Below are positions 20,319 through 30,017 of a DNA stretch of 64,000 nt, in pieces. The stretch is from Candidatus Oxydemutator sp. Lineage in GTDB: Bacteria; Pseudomonadota; Gammaproteobacteria; Poriferisulfidales; Oxydemutatoraceae. The notes below the pieces were generated by a model. That model was not told the origin of the DNA. It was given only the letters and a program-made list of their open reading frames with translations, and did not search any database. Location: positions 2,016,001 to 2,080,000 of the forward strand of contig OZ241883.1 in the NCBI GenBank assembly GCA_965203445.1, in the 5' to 3' direction. Positions within the stretch are counted from its first letter, which is position 1. Each line of letters begins with the position of its first letter. The translations under genes were made by a program, and so were the position numbers.

Positions 20319-21314
20319 TCAGAAAACGTAGTCCGCCTTCGGTTGCCTGGCCGCGACCGGCGCGCGCGGCGCCGTCTTGAAGCTGGGCGACGTGCCGCGG
20401 TTCAGCGGAACCGGTATGCCGCGCCCCTGCTTCGCCGTGTCGATCAGCCTTTCCCAGTCTATCGCTATCCCTTGCCCGGCGAGCAGCTCGACGACCTCGT
20501 GTATCGCCGCTCCTAGATAACGATCCATCCATTCCGCCTGCCCGCGCCCGTGCGATTCAAAATACACGACGCCTTCGATCAGCGCGCTTTTGAAGGGCTG
20601 AAACTGTATCGTCACCGGCGTACCGCGCTCTACCTTGCCGAAAAAATGCTCGATGTCGGCGGGACGCATGCGGATGCAACCGTGAGTGGCCTTCATTCCG
20701 ATTGCGTACGGGCGGTTGGTACCGTGAATAAAGTAACCGGCCAAATCGAGTTGCAGCGCGTATTTGCCGAGCGGGTTGTCCGCGCCGGGCGGCACGCTGC
20801 GCGGCAGCGGATCGCCGGCCAGCTCGTGCTCGCGGCGCACGCTCTCTGGCGGATACCAGGTCGGGTTGACGATTTTGTCCGTGACCTCCGTTCGCGCAAC
20901 CGGCGTCTGCCAGTCGCCGCGCCCGATACTGATCGGATAGGTTTCGACGATGCTCCCGCCGCCGTCGACGGCACGCCCGGTCGTGTAATAAATCCGCATT
21001 TCGGCGAGATTCACGTATATGCCGCGATAGGACGGGCGCGGCACGATGAACTGGCTCGGAAGCACCACCTGGGTGCCGTCGCCCGGCACCCAGGTATCGA
21101 TTCCCGGGTTGGCCGCCATCACCTCCTCGTACCCCAGCTCGAATTCCTGCGCCAGGGTCAGGATCGTGTCCTGCGGCTGCACCACGGTCTTTTGCAGAAC
21201 GCCTATTAGTGTATGATTTGAATCGAACTGGTAAGTCGCCGGAAACACGGCCGCGACCGGCGCCAACATCATGCAAACGACCGATGACAACCGCCTGATA
21301 TGGGTGCAAAACAT
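20319..21314 (-). CDS. L,D-transpeptidase (ErfK/YbiS/YcfS/YnhG family) with N-terminal LysM-like domain
   Basis: Signal-like N-terminus, LGYEEVMAANPGID, VNLAEMRIYY, YPISIGR, NPTWYPP, NPLG, IHGTN...THGCIRM catalytic His/Cys; start 21314 or ~21272. Confidence 0.92.
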   Translation of the reverse strand: MFCTHIRRLSSVVCMMLAPVAAVFPATYQFDSNHTLIGVLQKTVVQPQDTILTLAQEFELGYEEVMAANPGIDTWVPGDGTQVVLPSQFIVPRPSYRGIYVNLAEMRIYYTTGRAVDGGGSIVETYPISIGRGDWQTPVARTEVTDKIVNPTWYPPESVRREHELAGDPLPRSVPPGADNPLGKYALQLDLAGYFIHGTNRPYAIGMKATHGCIRMRPADIEHFFGKVERGTPVTIQFQPFKSALIEGVVYFESHGRGQAEWMDRYLGAAIHEVVELLAGQGIAIDWERLIDTAKQGRGIPVPLNRGTSPSFKTAPRAPVAARQPKADYVF

Positions 21315-22514
21315 ATGCCGGACATTATAACCGCAAGCGCCCAGGCGGAAAACGCGGCGGACGACGCGAACGTCGCCGAATCTTTTGCACTGCGCGACGA
21401 CGTCGCCTACCTGAACCACGCCGGAGTCGCGCCGTGGCCGCGTCCCACGGTGCGCGCCGTATGCGACTTCGCAAACGAGAACATGCGCGCCGGCGCCCTC
21501 GGTTACAACTCCTGGCGGGAGACCGCGGCCGAGCTGCGCGAGATGCTGCGCACACTGATCAACGCCGCCTCGGCGGACGAAATCGCCCTGGTCAAGAATA
21601 CCTCGGAGGGCCTGTCCTTCGTCGCCTACGGACTGGATTGGAGCGAGACGGACAACGTCGTCGTCGGCATCCAGGAGTTTCCATCCAACCGCATAGTCTG
21701 GGAATCCCTGCGCGCACGTTTCGGCGTCGAGGTGCGCGCCGTGGACTTGTACCGCGGCGCCTCCCCCGAACGCGCGTTGCTCGAGCGCCTCGATTCGCAT
21801 ACGAAGCTGATCGCGGTCAGCTCGATCCAGTATGCGACCGGCTACCGCATGAACCTCGACGAACTGGGCGCCGGATGCCGCGAAACCGGCGCCCTGCTCT
21901 GCGTGGACGCGATTCAAAGCCTGGGAGCGGCACCGCTGGACGTGCGGGCCTCGAGCGTTGATTTCCTCGCCGCCGACGGCCACAAATGGATGCTGGCGCC
22001 CGAGGGCATCGGCTGCTTTTATTGCCGCCGTCGGCATTTGAAAACCCTGAAGCTGCACCAATACGGCTGGGGCATGTCGCACGACGCGATGAACTACGAC
22101 GCGCTGTACGGCGAGGCCGCCGTCGGTGCCTGGCGCGAGGCCGACGACGCGCGGCGTTTCGAGTGCGGCAGCCTGAACTCGCTCGGCATATACGCACTGC
22201 GCGCAAGCCTCGGCTTGTTGTTCGACGTGGGTCTCGAGCGGGTTTTCGACGGCGTCGCCGCAAACGTGTCCTATCTCGCCGACAACCTCCCGGGGCAACG
22301 CTTCCGCTTGCTGACGCCACCGCAACCACACCAGCGCGGCGGCATCCTGACGCTCCAGCCGCGGCGCGACGACGTGCAAAAACTATACAAGCGGCTGCAA
22401 AGCGCCGGAATCGTATGCGCGTTGCGCGGCGGCGGCATCCGTTTGTCTCCCCATTTCTACACGTCGCGCGCGACCCTGGACCGGGCGCTCGAGTGTCTGC
22501 ACCGCCGGCCTTAG
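21315..22514 (+). CDS. Class V PLP-dependent aminotransferase / cysteine-desulfurase-like enzyme
   Basis: YLNHAGVAP, NTSEG, EFPSN, VDAIQSLG, ADGHKW (PLP Lys), RFECGS, IRLSPHFY. Confidence 0.88.
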   Translation: MPDIITASAQAENAADDANVAESFALRDDVAYLNHAGVAPWPRPTVRAVCDFANENMRAGALGYNSWRETAAELREMLRTLINAASADEIALVKNTSEGLSFVAYGLDWSETDNVVVGIQEFPSNRIVWESLRARFGVEVRAVDLYRGASPERALLERLDSHTKLIAVSSIQYATGYRMNLDELGAGCRETGALLCVDAIQSLGAAPLDVRASSVDFLAADGHKWMLAPEGIGCFYCRRRHLKTLKLHQYGWGMSHDAMNYDALYGEAAVGAWREADDARRFECGSLNSLGIYALRASLGLLFDVGLERVFDGVAANVSYLADNLPGQRFRLLTPPQPHQRGGILTLQPRRDDVQKLYKRLQSAGIVCALRGGGIRLSPHFYTSRATLDRALECLHRRP

Positions 22515-22516
22515 CG

Positions 22517-23452
22517 TCAAAAACCGAAAGCCTTTTGCCATTCGAGCAGACTGCTCTCCAACAACAGGCGCGGATTCAGATTGTCGTAGGCCGGGCGGCA
22601 GCGCTCGCTCTGGCGGGAATGCAACCGTTGCAGGGTATCGAAGGACGGGCCGGCGGCGGGCGCCGCACGGCGCGTCGCGTCGAAGCGGGCGCGCGCCATC
22701 CGTTGCAATTCCTCGAGCAGCCACTGCTGGATCAAAAGACAAGGTTGTTCGCTCCATCGCTCCACCGCCTGCGCAAGCGCCAGCCTCCCGTCGAGCAGCT
22801 GCGCCAGTTCGCGGTGAAATTGCTCGCGGTCGAGTCCGGCGGCGGCTTTGCGCGCGGCCTCCAGCGGGCGCATTCCAAACAGAGCCAAGCGCCGCCGCGC
22901 CCGTTTTTCCTCGAGGGACAATTCCCGCGCAAGCCACGCAACCGCGTCATCGCCCGGCAGCGGAAAACGGATCTTGCGGCAGCGGCTGCGGATCGTCGCC
23001 GGCAGGCTCGCCAGCCGCCGGCAGGCCATGACGATGACGCCGGCGGGCGGCGGCTCCTCGAGCGTCTTCAGCAACGCGTTGGCGGCGGCATGGTTGAGGG
23101 CGTCGGCCTCGGGCAGGAACGCCACGCGGTGGCGACCGTAGTGCGGGTTCAACGAGAAAAAGTCCCCCAGCTCACGAATCTGTGACACCTTGATCTCTTT
23201 CTTCTCCGGCGCCAGAGTGAGATAATCCGGATGGTTGCCAGACGCCAACAGGCGGCAGCTCTTGCACGCGCCACAGGCCCCGTCTTTTCCACGCCCGCAC
23301 AACAGGCTGCGGCACAGACTGGTACCGAAACGTTCGATACCGCCACCGGCCGCGCCGCTCAGCAACAAGGCGCTGGGAATACGCCCGCCGGCTACTATCC
23401 TCAACCACGCGATCCATTGCTCGCGCTGCCATGGATAGACCGCGTCATCCAT
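22517..23452 (-). CDS. holB: DNA polymerase III delta-prime subunit
   Basis: YPWQ, CGACKSC, NHPD, AANALLKTLEEPP, LPATIRSRC; follows tmk. Confidence 0.92.
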   Translation of the reverse strand: MDDAVYPWQREQWIAWLRIVAGGRIPSALLLSGAAGGGIERFGTSLCRSLLCGRGKDGACGACKSCRLLASGNHPDYLTLAPEKKEIKVSQIRELGDFFSLNPHYGRHRVAFLPEADALNHAAANALLKTLEEPPPAGVIVMACRRLASLPATIRSRCRKIRFPLPGDDAVAWLARELSLEEKRARRRLALFGMRPLEAARKAAAGLDREQFHRELAQLLDGRLALAQAVERWSEQPCLLIQQWLLEELQRMARARFDATRRAAPAAGPSFDTLQRLHSRQSERCRPAYDNLNPRLLLESSLLEWQKAFGF

Positions 23453-24107
23453 CGTCGGCTTCCGTGTTGCCGGGCGTGTCGTCGCTTCCAAAGCAGCGTC
23501 GCGCCACCGCGGCCGCCACTTGCCGCGCGACGACTTCCTCGCCCATGGTCGCGTCTATGACCTCGAAACGCGCGGGGTCGCGCGCGGCTCGTTCGAGATA
23601 GGCGTCCCGGACGCGACGGAAGAACGTCTCCTCTTCACCCTCGAAATTGTCCGGCGCACGGCTACCGAGCCTGCCGTGCACGCGCCCGGGCGGCAAATCG
23701 AGCAGCAGCGTCAGGTCGGGCACCAAGTCGCACAGCGTCCATTCGACGAGTGTATCTATCCACGCGCGCGGGATCCCGCGCCCGCCCCCCTGGTAGGCGT
23801 AGCTCGCGTCGGCAAAGCGGTCGCACACGACCCAGCGGCCGCCCGCGAGCGCCGGTTTCACCACGGTGCGCACGTGCTCGGCACGCACCGCAAAAAACAG
23901 CAGTAGTTCGCCGACGTCGGACAACCCTTCCCGTTGCTCGAGCAAAATGCGCCGCACCGCCTCGCCCACCGGCACGCCGCCGGGCTCCCGGGTGGCGACC
24001 ACGTCCAGGCCGCGCCGCTCGAGACGTGCCGCCAGGGCCGCGGCCTGCGTGCTCTTACCGGCGCCGTCCACTCCCTCGAAGGTGATCAGTTTTCCGCGGC
24101 GCGTCAT
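23445..24107 (-). CDS. tmk: Thymidylate kinase
   Basis: ITFEGVDGAGKSTQ, TREPGG, CDRFADASYAYQGGGR, PDLTLLLD. Confidence 0.96.
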   Translation of the reverse strand: MTRRGKLITFEGVDGAGKSTQAAALAARLERRGLDVVATREPGGVPVGEAVRRILLEQREGLSDVGELLLFFAVRAEHVRTVVKPALAGGRWVVCDRFADASYAYQGGGRGIPRAWIDTLVEWTLCDLVPDLTLLLDLPPGRVHGRLGSRAPDNFEGEEETFFRRVRDAYLERAARDPARFEVIDATMGEEVVARQVAAAVARRCFGSDDTPGNTEADDG

Positions 24108-24120
24108 GGCTGCCTCAAAG

Positions 24121-25125
24121 CTACTGATAGCGGGCGACCGCGGCCCGATGCTCCTCGTAGGTCGCCGAAAAATGGTGGCTGCCGTCGCCTTTGCCGACGA
24201 AGTACAGATCGCCGGTTTTGTCGGGGTGCAGCGCCGCCCGCAACGACGCAAGTCCCGGCATCGCGATCGGCGTCGGCGGCAATCCCTTGTGCAGATAGGT
24301 GTTGTACGGGGTGTCCGCCTCCAGGTCTTTTCTGCCGATATTGCCGTCGAAGCGATCGCCCATGCCGTAGATTACCGTGGGATCGGCCTGCAGGCGCATA
24401 CCCTTCTCGAGCCTGGTTGTGAACACGCCGGCGATGCGCGCACGCTCGTCGGCACGCCTCGCCTCCTTTTCGACGATGGACGCGAGAATCAACGCCTCGT
24501 AGGGGGACGCGAGCGCCACGTGCGGCGCGCGTCCGCGCCATTGCGCCTCAAGCGTTTGCCTCATCTTCTGATAACCGCGACGGAACAGCTCGACGTCGCT
24601 GTCCCCGGTTTGGAAGAAATACGTATCCGGAAAAAACCAGCCTTCCAGCGAGGGCGTGGCCACGTCGAGCCGTCTTCTGAGGTCGTCCGCGTCCGCGACG
24701 ACGTTTTTTATCGCGTCGTTTTGTCGCATGGCCTGCAATACTTGGCGCAGCGTCGCACCCTCGACGATGAGCAGGCGCCGCATGGTCGCGTCGCCGCGAA
24801 CCACCATGTCGAAAAAGGCCGCGGGCGTAGTGTTTGCCCGAAGCGTGTAGTTGCCGGCCTTCACGGCGCGCTCCAGACCTTGGACCTTGGCGTGAAGTCT
24901 CATATAAAGAATCGTCGGTAACAAATTATTACCACGGATTAAGCCGAGCCGATCCAGATCGGCGACGACCTCTCCGAATGAGGCGCCCGCGGCGACCTCC
25001 CAGGCCATTGCCCGCGTGTTCGTAAGCGGCTCGACGTAGATGCCGCGATAGTAGTCGTAGCCGAGTAGCGAGCACGCCGAAACGGCGGCGATCAGGCCGA
25101 TAAACGTGCAACGCCCGCCCGTCAT
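24121..25125 (-). CDS. mltG: Endolytic transglycosylase MltG
   Basis: LEGWFFPDTY, LASIVEKE, MRLQADPTVIYG, PYNTY, GLPPTPI, LYFV. Confidence 0.95.
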   Translation of the reverse strand: MTGGRCTFIGLIAAVSACSLLGYDYYRGIYVEPLTNTRAMAWEVAAGASFGEVVADLDRLGLIRGNNLLPTILYMRLHAKVQGLERAVKAGNYTLRANTTPAAFFDMVVRGDATMRRLLIVEGATLRQVLQAMRQNDAIKNVVADADDLRRRLDVATPSLEGWFFPDTYFFQTGDSDVELFRRGYQKMRQTLEAQWRGRAPHVALASPYEALILASIVEKEARRADERARIAGVFTTRLEKGMRLQADPTVIYGMGDRFDGNIGRKDLEADTPYNTYLHKGLPPTPIAMPGLASLRAALHPDKTGDLYFVGKGDGSHHFSATYEEHRAAVARYQ

Positions 25126-25132
25126 CGGCGTC

Positions 25133-25960
25133 TCATGCAGCGGCGCCGACCCGCGCGAACGGCAGTCGCCCAAGCACCCGGTGCACGGCTGCCACGTCGT
25201 AGTCGCGGGCGCCTTCGAGCGTGCGTACCGGCCACGCCCGGATCACCGCGTTGCACAGAAAAACACCATCGGCGCGCAGCAAGTCCTCGCGTCCAAGCCG
25301 CGCCTCCGACGCCGCGATACCGCACTCGCGGCAGGCTTCGATAATCCAGTCGCGCATGACCCCCCTGACCCCGCAGCAGTCGAGCGGCGGCGTTTGCAGC
25401 GTATCGCCCGTGACGACGAAAATATTACTCATCGTGCCCTCGATGACCCGATCCTGATAATCCAGCATGATGCCTTCTTGAAACTCTTCCCGCCACTCCA
25501 TCCGCGCCACCACCTGCGCGAGCCGGTTCAGATGTTTGATGCCGGCGAGATCCGGTTCATGCGCCAGGCGTTTGCGGCAAAAGCGCACGGCGACTCCACG
25601 CACGGAGAAATCATCCGGGTAGTCGGGCGGTGGCAGCGCCACGACGATGCGCGTCGGCTTTTGCACCGATGGCCTGCGGTAGCCGCGCCCGCCACGGCCG
25701 GCGGTCACGACGACCTTGAGAACGGCTTCCGTGCTTTTGGCGGCCACAATCCGCACCTCCTCGTCCAGGATGGCCGCGTCGTCGAAGGCTATGCCCAGTC
25801 TGCGGCAGCCGTCGAGCAGGCGCGCGCGGTGGCGCGGCCACAAGCGCGCGACGCCGCCGGTGACGACGACGGTCTCGAACACGCCGTCGCCGTAGGCCGT
25901 TCCTCTGTCGGTCGGCGGCAGTCCGTCGCCGGGCCGGCCGTTGATCAGGGCCTCGGACAT
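25133..25960 (-). CDS. pabC: Aminodeoxychorismate lyase
   Basis: DRGTAYGDGVFET, GRGY, LAGIKHLNRL, EGTMSNIF, GVRGVMR; fabF-pabC-mltG-tmk-holB order. Confidence 0.93.
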   Translation of the reverse strand: MSEALINGRPGDGLPPTDRGTAYGDGVFETVVVTGGVARLWPRHRARLLDGCRRLGIAFDDAAILDEEVRIVAAKSTEAVLKVVVTAGRGGRGYRRPSVQKPTRIVVALPPPDYPDDFSVRGVAVRFCRKRLAHEPDLAGIKHLNRLAQVVARMEWREEFQEGIMLDYQDRVIEGTMSNIFVVTGDTLQTPPLDCCGVRGVMRDWIIEACRECGIAASEARLGREDLLRADGVFLCNAVIRAWPVRTLEGARDYDVAAVHRVLGRLPFARVGAAA

Positions 25961-25991
25961 CGTGCGCAAAGAGGTCTAACCGGGAGTTTCG

Positions 25992-27233
25992 TCAAACGGC
26001 GCGAAATATCAGCGAGGCGTTGGTGCCGCCGAAACCGAAGGAATTGGACAGCACGCATCGTATCTTTCCCTCGCGCGCCTCGTTTGGCACGTAGTCGAGA
26101 TCACACTTCGGATCCGGCGTTTCGAGGTTGATGGTCGGCGGCATTACCTGATGTGCAAGCGTCAGCACCGAGAACACCGCCTCGACCCCGCCGGCGGCGC
26201 CGAGCAGGTGGCCGATCATGGATTTGGTCGAGCTCATCGGCAGTTTCTTCGCGCGTTCGCCGAAGACAAGTTTCACGGCGTCGCTTTCGGCCTCGTCGCC
26301 CAGCGGCGTCGAGGTGCCGTGCGCGTTGATGTAATCCACCTGCTCCGGGTTCAGCGCCGCGTCCTTGAGCGCGTTTTCCATGCAACGCGCCGCGCCCTCG
26401 CCGCCCGGCACCGGTTGCGTGATGTGGTGGGCGTCGCTGCATGCGCCGTAACCGGCCAGTTCGCAGTAGACGTCGGCACCCCGGCGCGCCGCGTATTCGC
26501 TTTCCTCCAGGATCATGACGCCGGCGCCGTCGCCGATGACGAAGCCGTCGCGATCCTTGTCCCACGGACGGCTCGCGCGCTCGGGATCGTCGTTGTGCGA
26601 CGCGCACAACGCGCGCGCCGCGGCGAAACCGCCGACGCCCAACAGCGACGTCGCCATCTCGGCGCCGCCCGCGATCATGACGTCGGCGTCGCCGCGCGCG
26701 ATCATGCGCGCCGCTTCGCCGATGTTGTGGTTGCCGGTGGCGCACGCCGACACGATCGCGAAGTTGGGGCCGCGCATCCCGTAGCGTATGGACAGGTTGC
26801 CGGAGATCATGTTGATGATGCTGCCCGGCACGAAGAACGGCGAGATCTTGCGCGCGCCGCCGGCGTGGTAGGCGTCGTGATTCTCCTCGATGAACGGCAG
26901 GCCGCCGATGCCGGAGCCGATTGCGACACCGATACGGTGGGCGTTGTCCTCGGCGACTTCGAGGCCCGAATCCTCCAGCGCCTGCACCGCGGCGCCGATG
27001 CCGTAGTGGATGAACAGGTCAGCGCGCTTCTGCTCCTTCGGCGGGATGTAGTCGTCGGCGTCAAAGCCTTCGACCGAGCCGGCGATCCGCACGCGCAGGC
27101 CGGAGGCGTCGAACGAAGAGATCTTGCGTATGCCGCTGCGCCCGGCCGTGATCGCCCGCCACGCGTCGCCTATGCGCGAACCGAGCGGGCAGACGATGCC
27201 GATTCCGGTGACGACGACCTTTCTGTCTTGCAC
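25992..27233 (-). CDS. fabF: 3-oxoacyl-ACP synthase II
   Basis: VVVTGIG, GSGIGG, SACATG, SRPWDKDRDGFV, DAHH, NAHGTST, KSMIGHLLGAAG, NSFGFGGTN. Confidence 0.97.
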   Translation of the reverse strand: MQDRKVVVTGIGIVCPLGSRIGDAWRAITAGRSGIRKISSFDASGLRVRIAGSVEGFDADDYIPPKEQKRADLFIHYGIGAAVQALEDSGLEVAEDNAHRIGVAIGSGIGGLPFIEENHDAYHAGGARKISPFFVPGSIINMISGNLSIRYGMRGPNFAIVSACATGNHNIGEAARMIARGDADVMIAGGAEMATSLLGVGGFAAARALCASHNDDPERASRPWDKDRDGFVIGDGAGVMILEESEYAARRGADVYCELAGYGACSDAHHITQPVPGGEGAARCMENALKDAALNPEQVDYINAHGTSTPLGDEAESDAVKLVFGERAKKLPMSSTKSMIGHLLGAAGGVEAVFSVLTLAHQVMPPTINLETPDPKCDLDYVPNEAREGKIRCVLSNSFGFGGTNASLIFRAV

Positions 27234-27249
27234 GAGGTCTCGCGGGCGC

Positions 27250-27489
27250 TCAACCGTCGGTGTGTTTCTCGATGTAGTCCACGGCCTGCTTCACGGTGGT
27301 GATCTTTTCGGCCTCTTCGTCCGGGATCTCGCATTCGAATTCCTCCTCGAGGGCCATCACCAGCTCGAGCGTGTCGAGGGAATCCGCGTTCAGGTCATCT
27401 ACGAAGGAGGCGCTCTCGGTGACCTTGTCCTCCTCGACGCTCAGTTGTTCGGCCACGATCTTGCGGACGCGCTCATGGATGTTGCTCAT
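27250..27489 (-). CDS. acpP: Acyl carrier protein
   Basis: [16 protein letters not shown]...[20 protein letters not shown]; AGGAG RBS. Confidence 0.97.
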   Translation of the reverse strand: MSNIHERVRKIVAEQLSVEEDKVTESASFVDDLNADSLDTLELVMALEEEFECEIPDEEAEKITTVKQAVDYIEKHTDG

Positions 27490-27550
27490 TCTTGTCTCCT
27501 GTTGTATTGGGTCTTTGAAAACACTGAATGGGGACGAAGGCGCGCGGCCT

Positions 27551-28303
27551 TCAAGCCATGTACATACCGCCGTTGACATGGACGGTCTCGCCGGTGATGT
27601 ACGCGGCCGCCTCGGAAGCCAGGAAGCAGACCAGCTTCGCCACCTCGTGGGCCTCGCCGAAGCGCGCCGCGGGTATCGTGTGCATGATTTCCTTCCGGTA
27701 TTTCTCCGGCAGCGCCCGCACCATGTCGGTCTCGATAAAGCCGGGTGCGACGCAGTTGACGGTGATATTACGGGTTCCCAATTCTTTTGCAAGGCTTTTG
27801 CTGAAAGCGACCATGCCGGCCTTGGCCGCGGCGTAGTTGGCCTGCCCCGGATTGCCGGTGGCGCCGACCACCGAGGCGACGTTGACGATCCGGCCCCAGC
27901 GTTTTTTCATCATCGGGCGCGCGCACGCCTTGCACAAGCGGAACACCGAATGCAGATTGACGTTGATGACTTCGAGCCATTGCTCCTCGCTCATGCGCGG
28001 CAGCAGATTGTCGCGCGTGATGCCGGCGTTGTTGACTAGAACGTCGGGCATCTTGCCGCGCGCGGACAGGTCGGCGACCGTCGCCGCGACCGCGTCGGAG
28101 TCGTCCACCCGCAGTTGCAACCCTTGTCCGGCAACGCCCGCTTCGGCGAAAGCCGCCGTGATCGCGCCCGCGCCAGCCTCGCTGGTAGCGGTGCCATAGA
28201 CTTCCAGCCCGCCACGCCCCAGTTCGAGTGCAATCGCGCGCCCGATGCCGCGCGAGGCGCCGGTAACCCATGCGATTTTTGCGACTTTTTCTTGTTCTGC
28301 CAT
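27551..28303 (-). CDS. fabG: 3-oxoacyl-ACP reductase
   Basis: [41 protein letters not shown]. Confidence 0.97.
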   Translation of the reverse strand: MAEQEKVAKIAWVTGASRGIGRAIALELGRGGLEVYGTATSEAGAGAITAAFAEAGVAGQGLQLRVDDSDAVAATVADLSARGKMPDVLVNNAGITRDNLLPRMSEEQWLEVINVNLHSVFRLCKACARPMMKKRWGRIVNVASVVGATGNPGQANYAAAKAGMVAFSKSLAKELGTRNITVNCVAPGFIETDMVRALPEKYRKEIMHTIPAARFGEAHEVAKLVCFLASEAAAYITGETVHVNGGMYMA

Positions 28304-28370
28304 TTTTTTTCCGTCAGTATATAAGGGGGTTATAGCGGGAAGCTCGTTTTTCATCCAGTATAACGCGAGG

Positions 28371-29321
28371 TCATTGAAGCTCCGCAAGCGCGTCGGCAAG
28401 GCTGGCCGGATCGTTCACGTTGCAGGTCTCCACTGTTTTGTCCATGCGTTTGACGAGGTTGGTCAGCACCCGCCCCGGCCCGAATTCAACGAAGCGCCCG
28501 ACGCCGGCCTCGATCATCCGTTTGATTGTGCGCACCCATTGCACCGGATTGCATAGCTGCCCGCCCAACGCTCGCAGTATGCCGTCGGGCGTCGAACGTG
28601 GCTGCGCGTCTATATTGTGCAGCACCTTGAAAGCGGGCGCCTTAATCTCGATGGTTGCAAGGAAGGCCGCAAACTTTTTGGCCGCCGGACGCATCAGCGA
28701 CGAGTGCGCCGGAACGCTGACCGGCAGCAGCATGCATTTGCGCGCGCCCTGCTCTGTGGCCGCTGCCATCGCCCGTTCGACCGCCGCCTTGTGCCCGGCG
28801 ATGACGGTCTGCGTCGGCGCGTTGAAATTGACGGCCTCGACGACCTGCCCGTCGCCGAGTGCGGCGCACAACGAGACGACCGCCTGCGCTTCGAGGCCGA
28901 TGATCGCCGCCATCGCGCCATTCTCGACGGCGACCGCCTCCTGCATCAACTCGCCGCGCTTGGCGGCGACCGCGACCGCGTCCTCGAAGCCAAGCGCACC
29001 GGCACAGACCAGCGCGGTATATTCACCGAAGCTATGGCCGGCGACGACGCCCGGCTCGGCGCCGCCTAAGCGCCTCCAGATTCTCCAGACGGCGACGCCC
29101 GCGGCCAGCATAACCGGCTGCGTGTCGACGGTCCTGTTCAGCGCCTCCTCAGGTCCTTCCAGCGCAAGCGCGTAGAGATCGCGCGAAAGGATTTCGGAAG
29201 CCCGCGTGAAAGTCTCGCGCACTTCGGGGTATTCGCCCGCAAGTTCGCGCAACATGCCCACGTGCTGCGAGCCTTGTCCCGGAAACAGAAAGGCGGTGTC
29301 CGCCAACGTCCGCGTCGTCAT
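28371..29321 (-). CDS. fabD: Malonyl-CoA:ACP transacylase
   Basis: FPGQGSQ, TQP, GHSFGEY, RGELMQ, VSVPAHS, EFGPG. Confidence 0.96.
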   Translation of the reverse strand: MTTRTLADTAFLFPGQGSQHVGMLRELAGEYPEVRETFTRASEILSRDLYALALEGPEEALNRTVDTQPVMLAAGVAVWRIWRRLGGAEPGVVAGHSFGEYTALVCAGALGFEDAVAVAAKRGELMQEAVAVENGAMAAIIGLEAQAVVSLCAALGDGQVVEAVNFNAPTQTVIAGHKAAVERAMAAATEQGARKCMLLPVSVPAHSSLMRPAAKKFAAFLATIEIKAPAFKVLHNIDAQPRSTPDGILRALGGQLCNPVQWVRTIKRMIEAGVGRFVEFGPGRVLTNLVKRMDKTVETCNVNDPASLADALAELQ

Positions 29322-29396
29322 GATAATGATGAAATAACTTGAGTTATGTACTCAGATTACCGATAATGTGCGCTCTTTTCCAGCGAAAAGCGATTG

Positions 29397-29615
29397 ATGG
29401 CAAAAAGCGAACATTTCGAGATGAAGGGCATCGTCACCGAAGTCCTTCCGAACACCGTATTTCGGGTCAAGCTCGAAAACGATCACGTCGTCACCGCGCA
29501 CATATCGGGCAAGATGCGCAAACATTATATCCGCATACTGACCGGCGACCGCGTCACCGTGGAGATGAGCCCCTACGACCTGACCCGCGGGCGCATCACC
29601 TACCGCGAGAAATAA
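29397..29615 (+). CDS. infA: Translation initiation factor IF-1
   Basis: [12 protein letters not shown]...[37 protein letters not shown]. Confidence 0.98.
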   Translation: MAKSEHFEMKGIVTEVLPNTVFRVKLENDHVVTAHISGKMRKHYIRILTGDRVTVEMSPYDLTRGRITYREK

Positions 29616-29671
29616 CCCCCGTCGCCATGACCCAGGTGGCCAACCCGAATCGAGGTGTCCGCCGGAATCAT
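29600..29671 (-). pseudogene. vapC: Truncated VapC (PIN-domain toxin) remnant
   Basis: ATG overlaps the vapB stop (ATGA); reads MIPADTSIRVGHLGHGD, a degenerate form of the VapC N-terminus (MILVDTSVWxDHL..GD), then runs into the infA 3' end and stops after 23 codons. Confidence 0.7.
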
Positions 29672-29865
29672 GCCGGTTTTGATTGTCGCCGGGGGATTGG
29701 GCGCAGTCTGGGTTCGGTTCCACCCAGTTGTGCCAATCGTCGGGCGCTTTCGCGCTCGATCAGGGCGCGCAACCCTTTATTGACCAGGGTCGTTTTTTCC
29801 GCTATCCCGGTCATCCGCTGCGCTTTCGCCAGCAGTTCGTCGTCAATATTCAGCGTGATTCTCAT
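29668..29865 (-). CDS. vapB: Type II toxin-antitoxin VapB-family antitoxin
   Basis: MRITLNIDDELLAKAQRMTGIAEKTTLVNKGLRALIERESARRLAQLGGTEP; 65 aa, RHH-type N-terminus; preceded by an AT-rich promoter region. Confidence 0.85.
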   Translation of the reverse strand: MRITLNIDDELLAKAQRMTGIAEKTTLVNKGLRALIERESARRLAQLGGTEPRLRPIPRRQSKPA

Positions 29866-30017
29866 TGTGCTACCCCCGTTGATGCACTGAAAATAATCAA
29901 TAGACGATATTCCATATGTATCTGCAAAAATGCAAGCGGTAGAAAGCGACAAGAATACATGGGAGTTATCGCTGACTAGTGCATGCGCCCCGTACGTTCC
30001 GGGGGCAGACCTCGCCG

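Noticed and set aside
20319-22379. Apparent 686-aa L,D-transpeptidase
   Set aside because: The N-terminal ~350 aa is the antisense of the PLP enzyme; the real protein starts near 21314-21272
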